A model generated the notes under the pieces. It was not told the DNA's origin and did no database searches. It saw nothing but the letters and a program-made list of their open reading frames with translations. From Floridaenema aerugineum BLCC-F46 (GTDB lineage: Bacteria > Cyanobacteriota > Cyanobacteriia > Cyanobacteriales > Aerosakkonemataceae): a stretch of DNA of 32,000 nt. Made by a program: the position numbers and the translations under genes. Positions 1-7,331 of the stretch are shown piece after piece (position 1 is the stretch's first letter; every line of letters begins with the position of its first letter). The stretch lies in the NCBI RefSeq assembly GCF_041929345.1, contig NZ_JBHFNQ010000161.1:1-32000 (forward strand), given 5' to 3'.

Positions 1-96
1 TATTGTTTTTTTTTTTAAATTTTTTTTTTTTTTTTTTTTTTCTTTTGTTTTTTTTTTTTTTTTAAAATTTTTATTTTTTGTTGTTTCTTTTTTTCT
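1..96. repeat. T-rich low-complexity tract (A-rich on the minus strand) at the window edge
   Basis: Bases 1-96 are almost all T (runs of about 10-25) with sparse A/G/C. C6-AAA-C6 follows at 115-129. The tract lies 3' of the minus-strand ATPase stop at 143. The poly-K ORF 15..221 is a translation artefact of this tract. Confidence 0.8.
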
Positions 97-142
97 AATA
101 TAACCAACGCTTTACCCCCCAAACCCCCCAACAACGTACTCA

Positions 143-2866
143 TTAGTTTGGTGGATCGAAGCGGTTGACAAAGGCAGCGATCGCAATCATCGGTAAACTC
201 ACACCCAAACAAATCAACCATTGATCTAAATTCATTGGTGCAGTCTTAAATACACTGTTAATAAACTCAGAATTAGCAAAGATAATTTGCAGAATTACAG
301 CCACGATAATCCCGGCAGCTAAAGCAGGTGCGCCATTAACTTTTTCCTTCGATCCATTGAACTTCGCTATCAAAGAAGGAACTAATTGGCTGATACTGAG
401 CAAATAAAATATTCGCCCCATTACTAACGCTTGAATTGCCATAGTCCGAGCTAATTCTATACTACCCCAAGGCGCTTGACGTACCCATTCAAACATTCCG
501 AAAATCAGCGTCCAGTTGTAGAGAGAAATTGCCAAAATTCGCTTAAGTCGATTCACCGTCAAGAAAGGCTCATTAACCGGACGTGGTGGGCTTTTCATCA
601 CTCCTGCTGACTTCGGTTCAAAGGATAAAGGCACAGTCATTGTGATGGAGTTGAGCATATTTAGCCAGAGAATTTGTAGAGATAAAATTGGCAATTCTCT
701 GCCCAACAAAGTACTAATTAAAATTGTCATTGATTCCCCACCATTCACAGGTAGGATAAAGCAAATTGCTTTCAGGAGGTTTTTATAAACCGATCGCCCT
801 TCCTCAACCGCAGATTCAATCGAAGCAAAGTTATCATCAGTTAATATCATATCTGATGCTTCTTTTGCCACTTCCGTACCACTTCCCATCGCAATCCCGA
901 TGTCTGCTTGCTTCAAGGCGGGGGCATCATTTACCCCATCTCCTGTCATAGCGACAATCTCACCTTTGGATTGCAAAGCTTCAACAATTCGCAGCTTTTG
1001 TTCGGGTGCAACACGGGCGAATACACTGCCTTCTTCTACCGCATTTGCTAGTTCCGAATTACTCATTTCTGCAAGTTGAGCACCCGTGTAAGCAATCACT
1101 TTTTTATTCTTGCGAAATCCCATACGGCGGGCGATCGCTTGGGCGGTTGTAATGTGATCGCCAGTAATCATTTTTACTTGAATTCCGGCACCTTGACAAG
1201 CGTGAACAGCTGCGATCGCTTCCGGGCGGGGCGGATCGATCATCCCTTGCAAACCAATAAAAATTAACCCGGTTTCAATATCTGGATGATCCACAGATTC
1301 TTGAGTTGGTGGCACCAGTTTCTTAGCAAAAGCTAGTACCCGCAACCCATTTTTTGCTAACTCATTCACTCGCTGTTCAATAACTTCGTGATTCACATAA
1401 GTGGCATTTCCTTCTGCATCTAACGCCGAAGTACAACGCTTGAGAATCGACTCTACTGAACCTTTAATAAAAATCACATTTCCGGTGCGGTTTTTGTGCA
1501 GCGTTGCCATATATTGAAACTGTGATTCAAAGGGAATAGAATCTAAGCGAGGATATAGTTTATCGATCGCTTGCTGAATCATTCCTGCTTTCGCCGCCGC
1601 ACTAATTAACGCCCCTTCAGTTGGATCGCCAACTACTACCCAATTACCATTTTTTTGTTCTAAATGTGAGTCATTACACAACAAACCAGCTTTCAAACAT
1701 TCTTCCAAAGTGGGATTTTGCTTTAAATCAACTGGTTGTTGATTCAAGATAATTTTCCCCTCTGGATTGTAACCTCTTCCCGAAACAGTGTAAGGTAAAC
1801 CCCCTGCTAAAATACCTTGCACTGTCATTTGATTTTCGGTTAAAGTTCCCGTTTTATCCGAACAAATGACAGTTGCGCCGCCCAATGTTTCCACTGCTGG
1901 CATTTTCCTGACAATGGCATGACGACTCGCCATTCTGTTTACGCCAACAGCTAAAGTCACGGTAATTACTGCTGGTAAACCTTCAGGAATTGCGCCGACA
2001 ATTAACGCAACGGCTGCTTCTACCGCATCATTAAAAGTTCTTTGCCCTAACCCGATCGCAAAAGTTAAGGTTGCCATAAATAGCACGAAAAACAACCAAT
2101 TTTGGCTAAATTGATTGAACTTGCGAGTTAAAGGTGTAGTCAGGTGAACTCGTTGATCTAATAATTGGGAAATCTTGCCAGTTTCGGTGTTATTTCCGGT
2201 AGCGATAACTACACCAGTACCTTGCCCAAAGGTAACAAAACCGCCAGCATAAGCCATGTTATCCCGTTCAGCTAAAGGCGTTTCCGGTTGTAAAAGTATT
2301 TCGGAAATATCTTTTTCTACGGCTACAGATTCCCCAGTTAAGGCAGATTCATCTATTTGTAAATCCCTGATTTTCAGTAAGCGCAAATCAGCCGGAACTT
2401 TATCACCAGATGTAAGTAAAACAATGTCACCTGGAACTAATTCTTCTGAAGAAATGCGGAGTTTTTTGCCATTGCGAATTACAGAAGCTTCGGTTTTTAC
2501 AGCGGAAGCTAATGCGGCGATCGCACCCTCAGCTTTAGACTCTTGCACAAAGCTAATTATCGCGTTAGTAGTCGTAACCCCCCAAATTACCCCCGCATTT
2601 ACCCATTCACCAAGAATTGCTTTAATTGCCCCGGCACTTAATAAAATAATTAACAGGGGTTGATTAAACTGCAAAATAAACTTTAACCAAGCAGGTTTTC
2701 CTTTTTTAGCAGTTAGTTGGTTGAGCCCATATTCCGCTTGTCGCTGAACTACTTCTTCGTTACTTAAACCATTTTCTAAGTCTGTATTTAATAAATAACA
2801 AATTTTATCTTCCGGTAAACTGTGCCACTGTTGTTCTAGTAACTCCTGTTTATCGATCGCCAACAT
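143..2866 (-). CDS. P-type (P2, PacL/SERCA-like) cation-transporting ATPase, probably Ca2+
   Basis: 907-aa ORF with the P-type signatures 'LTGES', the phosphorylation site 'CSDKTGTLT', 'KMITGDH' and the hinge 'MTGDGVNDAPALKQADIGIAMG'. It has the P2-type 'IPEGLPAV' motif, multiple TM segments, and no CPC or heavy-metal-binding motifs. Confidence 0.9.
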   Translation of the reverse strand: MLAIDKQELLEQQWHSLPEDKICYLLNTDLENGLSNEEVVQRQAEYGLNQLTAKKGKPAWLKFILQFNQPLLIILLSAGAIKAILGEWVNAGVIWGVTTTNAIISFVQESKAEGAIAALASAVKTEASVIRNGKKLRISSEELVPGDIVLLTSGDKVPADLRLLKIRDLQIDESALTGESVAVEKDISEILLQPETPLAERDNMAYAGGFVTFGQGTGVVIATGNNTETGKISQLLDQRVHLTTPLTRKFNQFSQNWLFFVLFMATLTFAIGLGQRTFNDAVEAAVALIVGAIPEGLPAVITVTLAVGVNRMASRHAIVRKMPAVETLGGATVICSDKTGTLTENQMTVQGILAGGLPYTVSGRGYNPEGKIILNQQPVDLKQNPTLEECLKAGLLCNDSHLEQKNGNWVVVGDPTEGALISAAAKAGMIQQAIDKLYPRLDSIPFESQFQYMATLHKNRTGNVIFIKGSVESILKRCTSALDAEGNATYVNHEVIEQRVNELAKNGLRVLAFAKKLVPPTQESVDHPDIETGLIFIGLQGMIDPPRPEAIAAVHACQGAGIQVKMITGDHITTAQAIARRMGFRKNKKVIAYTGAQLAEMSNSELANAVEEGSVFARVAPEQKLRIVEALQSKGEIVAMTGDGVNDAPALKQADIGIAMGSGTEVAKEASDMILTDDNFASIESAVEEGRSVYKNLLKAICFILPVNGGESMTILISTLLGRELPILSLQILWLNMLNSITMTVPLSFEPKSAGVMKSPPRPVNEPFLTVNRLKRILAISLYNWTLIFGMFEWVRQAPWGSIELARTMAIQALVMGRIFYLLSISQLVPSLIAKFNGSKEKVNGAPALAAGIIVAVILQIIFANSEFINSVFKTAPMNLDQWLICLGVSLPMIAIAAFVNRFDPPN

Positions 2867-3021
2867 ACTGCCCTCTCCAAAGCTATATTAATAGCTTCAA
2901 ATCTGGCAATAAAACTTAGATGAAACAGAAATGAGAAACTTCTAATTGTTCGTAGTAGCGACTTGGGTCGTACAAAAGGACTAAGTAGATGTAAATAAAG
3001 TGGTAATAGTTATATGAGGAT

Positions 3022-3132
3022 GGGGCGGGCAGGATGCCCACCCCACAAGAAAACTGTAACTCTTGTGGGGCGGGCAAGATGCCCACCCCACAAGAAAACT
3101 GTAACTCTTGTGGGGCGGGCATCCTGCCCGCC
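3022..3132. repeat. Nested hairpin repeat (GGCGGGCAGGATGCCCACCCCACAAG family) with an internal 45-bp tandem duplication
   Basis: The unit 'GGGGCGGGCA(G/A)GATGCCCACCCCACAAGAAAACTGTAACTCTTGT' starts at 3022 and 3067. The closing arm 'GGGGCGGGCATCCTGCCCGCC' starts at 3112. The same arms form a simple hairpin at 29890-29953. Confidence 0.85.
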
Positions 3133-3196
3133 TTAGTTTTCAATTTATTTATATCTACCTACTTAAAGTCCTCACAACAAACCAGACTCTAAACAA

Positions 3197-3222
3197 CAAA
3201 AAAACAGGGCTCTAACCCTGTT
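3197..3222 (-). terminator. Candidate intrinsic terminator (minus strand)
   Basis: A 7-bp stem AACAGGG/CCCTGTT (3203-3209 and 3216-3222) has a 6-nt loop. On the minus strand it is followed by TTTTTTGTTG, the complement of the A-run at 3194-3202. No ORF of 60 aa or more lies between it and the regulator stop at 3638. Confidence 0.5.
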
Positions 3223-3550
3223 CATTGTCAACGGCTGAAAACGTTTTTGGTGGAGTGCTAGTTAAACTAGTGATTTGTCCATGTACGCTTGCATTTTTTC
3301 ATGGTCAAACTTAAGATTTCATAAGCAACACCGAATTCCGCCTTTGCAGTTCGATATTTTTTTATAGCCGTGCCATCAGCAAAGCTGATATTTTTTTAGG
3401 TTGATAGCTTTATCTCTCAGAGTAGCCCTCTCTGATTGGCTATCATCTTTAATTGTGCTACTGGTTTTTAAGATATCTATGAGAAGTACATGAGAAAGTT
3501 CTCATGAAAGTTATCACCAAACCAACCCAACTTTTGCCAGAGATAACTTT

Positions 3551-3612
3551 GTAGGGTGCGTCAGAAAAGCCAAAATAGCCCTTAATTTAAAGATTATCGT
3601 GCTGACGCACCT
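3551..3612. repeat. GTAGGGTGCGTCAG...CTGACGCACC hairpin element
   Basis: Inverted arms 'AGGTGCGTCAG' (about 3554-3564) and 'CTGACGCACCT' (3602-3612) are separated by about 37 nt. The same termini occur in the duplicated units at 7332-7568, and degenerate relatives occur at about 9644-9680. Confidence 0.7.
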
Positions 3613-3637
3613 TTAGATTGTACTAGCTCCTAAAAAT

Positions 3638-4306
3638 TCAAGTACAGAAACGATACCCCATCCCCCGAACGGTTTCAATTTTGTCGCTACCTAATTTTTT
3701 GCGAAGATAGCCAACATAAACATCGACAATATTAGAATTTGGGTCATAGTCGTAACCCCAAACGCTACTTAAGAGTTGTTCTCGACTTAAAACTTGTCCG
3801 GGATGACGTAAGAAAGTTTCGGCTAAGATAAATTCACGGGCGGATAATTCAACGTAACGATCGCCTACAGAAACCTTACGCGATCGCAAATCTAATAGAA
3901 TTTCCCCAACTTGTAATATTAAATCATCTTTTTTAGCAAAAGAGGTGCGATCGCGCAACCTAACCCGCACTCGCGCCAACAACTCCTCAAACCGGAAAGG
4001 TTTAGTCACATAATCATCCGCGCCACCTTCCAACCCCGCCACCTTATCCGCCACATCATCACGCGCCGTCAGAATAATTACCGGAAGCGTTTCCCCCCTT
4101 CCCCGCAACTCTTCCAAAACTTCTAAACCATCTTTCCCCGGTAAACCCAAATCCAGAATTAACAAATCAAAATCTTTACTATCAGCCATCCTTGCTGCGG
4201 CTTGCCCATCATCTACTATTACAGTAGTAAAGCCATTAGCCTTTAAACCTTTCTCTAAAAAAGATGCAATTCGCGGTTCGTCTTCAGCAATGAGAATTCT
4301 ATTCAT
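3638..4306 (-). CDS. OmpR/PhoB-family two-component response regulator
   Basis: Receiver domain ('MNRILIAEDE', 'DLLILDLGLPGKDG', 'ILTARD', 'GADDYVTKPF') plus a winged-helix C-terminus ('VRGMGYRF'). The ORF runs to 4354, but the conserved N-terminus begins at the Met at 4306. Confidence 0.9.
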   Translation of the reverse strand: MNRILIAEDEPRIASFLEKGLKANGFTTVIVDDGQAAARMADSKDFDLLILDLGLPGKDGLEVLEELRGRGETLPVIILTARDDVADKVAGLEGGADDYVTKPFRFEELLARVRVRLRDRTSFAKKDDLILQVGEILLDLRSRKVSVGDRYVELSAREFILAETFLRHPGQVLSREQLLSSVWGYDYDPNSNIVDVYVGYLRKKLGSDKIETVRGMGYRFCT

Positions 4307-4609
4307 TTTATCTCTTACCTCAACGCCATTACCCGCAAAGTAATTAATTCCCACAGCTTAACTGAGATCTTGCACGCTTGAGGCAGAGCCTCTATTTTTT
4401 CGTTCCCAGGTTCAACCAGGGAACGAGATCTAAGAGGTTCTACCTCCCAGGCGGCGAAATTTGAGTTAAGCTGAAGTCCTCGCCAGGGAAACCAAAAACA
4501 ATATTTAGTCCGATTCAGAGCACTTTCGCTATCAGCAAGGAAATTTAATCCCTTGCGGGTGAGGATGTTAGTGCAGTATTCGCGATTCATAACAAAGAGA
4601 ATCAAATAT

Positions 4610-4810
4610 TTAGATCATGCCTCGTTTTTTCAACTTCACTAAGGCATCTTCAGCAGCACACTTTTCGGCATCTTTTTTGCTGCGTCCCTTGCCTTCTCCA
4701 TACTTTTCCTCACCTACATACACTTTGGAAAGGAATTCTGGAGCATGAGACTCCCCACCTGCTTGAACTGTAACATATTTAGGCAATAACGTTGTGCCAA
4801 GATTAGCCAT
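4610..4810 (-). CDS. dsRNA-binding-domain-only protein (like the RNase III C-terminal domain), possibly a gene remnant
   Basis: The 66-aa ORF aligns to the dsRBD of RNase III ('LPKYVTVQAGGESHAPEF...GEGKGRSKKDAEKCAAEDALVKL'). No RNase III catalytic domain lies upstream. Homology continues 5' of the ATG (see findings). Confidence 0.55.
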   Translation of the reverse strand: MANLGTTLLPKYVTVQAGGESHAPEFLSKVYVGEEKYGEGKGRSKKDAEKCAAEDALVKLKKRGMI

Positions 4811-4876
4811 TACCCATTGCTGAAACTGATTTTTAGTATCTACATTCGATCAAGTCACTACTAACTCTGTGTTCCC

Positions 4877-4909
4877 AGAAACCCGGTTTCTCCAAGAAAC
4901 CGGGTTTCT
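4877..4909. repeat. Paired palindromic 15-mers AGAAACCCGGTTTCT / AGAAACCGGGTTTCT
   Basis: Two self-complementary 15-mers at 4877-4891 and 4895-4909 are mutually complementary. They lie between the Uma2 stop and the dsRBD ORF. Confidence 0.7.
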
Positions 4910-4930
4910 TTAGTTTCTTTGCCGCATTTC

Positions 4931-5515
4931 CTACTTCTGTTTTGGCGGAAAGACCCTACTTAAATCTAAAGATAAATCAGGAAAAGGAGGTAATGCGATC
5001 GCCTGATTTGGTAAAACAATTCGTCGATTCTGATAACCAAAATTTCCTTGACTATTCTGAAAAGGTTCACTGTGAGCTTCTAACTGATTATCGAATAAAT
5101 TAAATATCCAATAGTCAGAGATTCCTGCTTCCGCATAGAGAGATAACTTCACTTCTCGATCGTAATTCAAAGTAGAATCGGAAATTTCTATAATCAGTAA
5201 CACATCATTTGGTATAGGGTGAGCAGATAAATAGTCATCAGGCTTGTTTTTTACGATCGCCAAATCTGGTTCAGGTTCGCTGTTATTTAGTAGTAAGATG
5301 GGAGATTGACAACGAAGAGTTGCTGCATCTCCTAAGAGTCTAACTAATTCTCGAAGCAATTTAGAAATACAAGTTTCGTGAGCCGTACCTTTTGCCGCCA
5401 TTTCGATAATTTCTCCCCTGATTAATTCTATGCGATCGTCCTCATGAAAAAAGCCAATCTCTGTGAGTTTGTGATATTCTTCTAAAGTGAAGCGTTTAGC
5501 TTGAGCAATCTTCAT
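4931..5515 (-). CDS. Uma2 (DUF820) family PD-(D/E)xK-like endonuclease
   Basis: 194 aa with the typical family N-terminus 'FTLEEYHKLTEIGFFHEDDRIELIRGEIIEM' and nuclease-like 'EPDLAIV' and 'IIEISDS' motifs. Confidence 0.8.
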   Translation of the reverse strand: MKIAQAKRFTLEEYHKLTEIGFFHEDDRIELIRGEIIEMAAKGTAHETCISKLLRELVRLLGDAATLRCQSPILLLNNSEPEPDLAIVKNKPDDYLSAHPIPNDVLLIIEISDSTLNYDREVKLSLYAEAGISDYWIFNLFDNQLEAHSEPFQNSQGNFGYQNRRIVLPNQAIALPPFPDLSLDLSRVFPPKQK

Positions 5516-5576
5516 AACTTTTCCCTTAGTTCACCTTACTACTAATGTAATGCTATTTATGACTTTATAGGTTTTA

Positions 5577-5802
5577 GATCCCCCTAAATCCCCCTTACCA
5601 AGGGGGACTTTGAAAGAATTTTCCCCCTTAATAAGAAGGATGAATCATGTCCCCCCCTTAATCAGAAGGATGAATCATGTCCCCCCTTAATCAGAAGGAT
5701 GAATCATGTCCCCCCTTAATAAAAAGGATGAATCATGTCCCCCCTTAATAAGAAGAATGCTAAATCATGTCCCCCCCTTATTAAGGGGGGTTAGGGGGGA
5801 TC
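5577..5802. repeat. MITE-like element: terminal inverted repeats enclosing about 5 tandem copies of a 29-32-bp unit
   Basis: The termini are 'GATCCCCCTAA' (5577-) and 'TTAGGGGGGATC' (-5802). Subterminal hairpins are 'TCCCCCTTACCAAGGGGGA' and 'CCCCCCCTTATTAAGGGGGG'. Five contiguous units 'CCCCCCTTAAT(A/C)AGAAGGATGAATCATGT' span about 5621-5770. Confidence 0.75.
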
Positions 5803-5831
5803 GAAGTTGTGACTCGCAAAAGTTACTATTA

Positions 5832-7259
5832 TTATTTAATATTAGAGGCAACTTCGATCGGTAAAATCAACAGAAAAGTTGCACCTTTACCCAACTCACT
5901 TTCTAATTCTACTCTTCCTTCATGAGCCTCGACAATTGCCTTAACAATTGCCAAACCTAAACCGTAACCTTCGGAACGTCTGCGACTATTCGCTACCCTA
6001 GCAAACCTTTCAAAAATTCGCTTTTGTTCTGTTGGGGGAATGCCTTCCCCAGTATCGCGTACCCAGAAATAAACTTCGTTATTTTTAACCGCAGAACCTA
6101 AAAAAATTGCATCTTCTCGCTTGGTATGTTGTACAGCATTCTGGGCTAAATTCATCATTGCTTGAGTTAGTCTTTGGCGATCGGCTAAAATTAGACAAAA
6201 AGCTTGAGATTCGATCTGCCAATGGCGATCGCCCAAAGCTTTCGCCTTAGCAAACAATTCCTCCGTAAACACCTCAACATCAACAGTTTCTAAATTCAAA
6301 AAATCTGGTCTTTCCGCCTTTGCTAATAACAATAAATCATTCACTAACCGACTCATTCTGTCCAATTCATCAGTAACGATCGCCAAAGTTTCCTTTTGTT
6401 CTTCAGGATCGTCCCCTAACAATTCTAAATGACCGCGAATAATTGTAATCGGCGTTCTTAATTCATGACCTGCATCATTAATAAAATTGCGTTGACTAGT
6501 AAAAGCTGCCTCCAATCTATCCAACATCGCATTAAAAGTCATCGTTAATTCAGCAATATCATCTGAACCTTCAACCGCTATTCTTTCGCCCACATTAGAA
6601 CCACTAATTGAATGCGCTGTGGCAGTTAACAAACGCAAAGGTCTTAACACCCTTCCCCCTACCGCCCAAATTACTACAGCAGCAATCACTAAGATCATTA
6701 ATGTTACTAAAACCATCACAACTGTAACTTCATTCAGCTTTTTCAACTCGCTCTCTGTCGAGTGCATAACAACAAAGACACCTGGGTTTTCCCCATCAAT
6801 ATTAACTGGTATAGCAAAATATCTAATATTATCTTTAGGAGTAATCTTTTCCCCCTTTTGCGGTTTAGTAATTCTAGACCAACGTTTGAGTAAGTTTTTA
6901 TCCCGCGCCAGGGTTTCCGGTAAAGCTGTAGGACTAGCTTTATAAAATTTACCGTTAATAAAAGTCACCATAAATTGTCCGTCAACCGGAATATTTCGCG
7001 ACAAAAAATCATCAAATAAATCATTGATTTCACAACAATCCAATTCGCGATATCCGGCAAATAATTGCCGAAACTCTGTGACCTCTTGCACCAAAATTTG
7101 TTTGCTGCGTTCTTCTAACCGGACAGAAAGCACCTGACGCACCGCAAAAACAGTTAAAGTTGTAGAGCAAGTCATTAACAGCACGTACCACATAATGATC
7201 CGGGTACGGAGTCCGTAAAAAACTCGCCGCCATCCCGCAAAATTTTGAGTGTTAGTCAT
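5832..7259 (-). CDS. Sensor histidine kinase (two TM segments, HAMP, HisKA, HATPase_c)
   Basis: 475 aa with the H-box 'AGHELRTPITIIRGHLELL', the N-box 'LTQAMMNLAQNAVQH', the G-boxes 'VRDTGEGIP' and 'GYGLGLAIVKAIVEAHEG', and two hydrophobic segments flanking a loop of about 130 aa. Confidence 0.9.
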   Translation of the reverse strand: MTNTQNFAGWRRVFYGLRTRIIMWYVLLMTCSTTLTVFAVRQVLSVRLEERSKQILVQEVTEFRQLFAGYRELDCCEINDLFDDFLSRNIPVDGQFMVTFINGKFYKASPTALPETLARDKNLLKRWSRITKPQKGEKITPKDNIRYFAIPVNIDGENPGVFVVMHSTESELKKLNEVTVVMVLVTLMILVIAAVVIWAVGGRVLRPLRLLTATAHSISGSNVGERIAVEGSDDIAELTMTFNAMLDRLEAAFTSQRNFINDAGHELRTPITIIRGHLELLGDDPEEQKETLAIVTDELDRMSRLVNDLLLLAKAERPDFLNLETVDVEVFTEELFAKAKALGDRHWQIESQAFCLILADRQRLTQAMMNLAQNAVQHTKREDAIFLGSAVKNNEVYFWVRDTGEGIPPTEQKRIFERFARVANSRRRSEGYGLGLAIVKAIVEAHEGRVELESELGKGATFLLILPIEVASNIK

Positions 7260-7261
7260 CG

Positions 7262-7296
7262 GATTTTAGATTTTAGATTTTAGATTTTAGATTTTT
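7262..7296. repeat. Heptamer tandem repeat (GATTTTA)x4 plus GATTTTT
   Basis: Perfect 7-nt periodicity is read directly from the sequence. The array starts 2 nt from the kinase start codon (7257-7259, minus strand). A complementary copy 'AAATCTAAAAT' lies at 7302-7312. Confidence 0.85.
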
Positions 7297-7331
7297 CAGC
7301 CAAATCTAAAATTGGTAGGTTGGAAGTCGGA

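Noticed and set aside
15-221. A 68-aa ORF ending in a poly-Lys run.
   Set aside because: It is a translation of the T/A low-complexity tract, it overlaps the ATPase 3' end, and it has no coding signal.
2916-3143. A 75-aa ORF with the repeated 'PAPQELQFSCGVGILPAP'.
   Set aside because: It is entirely a read-through of the tandemly duplicated hairpin repeat, so the internal peptide repeat is a DNA-repeat artefact.
4395-4425. A GGTTCAACC-containing stem-loop that resembles a tRNA T-arm.
   Set aside because: The stem (GTTCCC/GGGAAC) encloses an 11-nt loop. No acceptor, D or anticodon arms can be built around it, and it matches a dispersed repeat instead.
4315-4605. A 96-aa minus-strand ORF between the dsRBD ORF and the response regulator.
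   Set aside because: It overlaps the regulator start region and runs through a dispersed GTTCCC...GGGAAC repeat. It has no recognisable motif and an odd composition, so it is probably spurious.
5621-5770. A tandem array of about 30-bp units that superficially resembles a CRISPR array.
   Set aside because: The units are contiguous with no unique spacers between them. There are only five near-identical copies and no cas genes. It is better explained as a minisatellite inside a MITE-like frame.
143-7259. The idea that the P-type ATPase plus the kinase and regulator form a metal-resistance operon.
   Set aside because: The ATPase has P2-type (Ca2+/cation) motifs and lacks the CPC and HMA motifs of P1B metal pumps. 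It is separated from the regulator by about 770 bp of repeat-rich DNA with a terminator, so no functional link is supportable.
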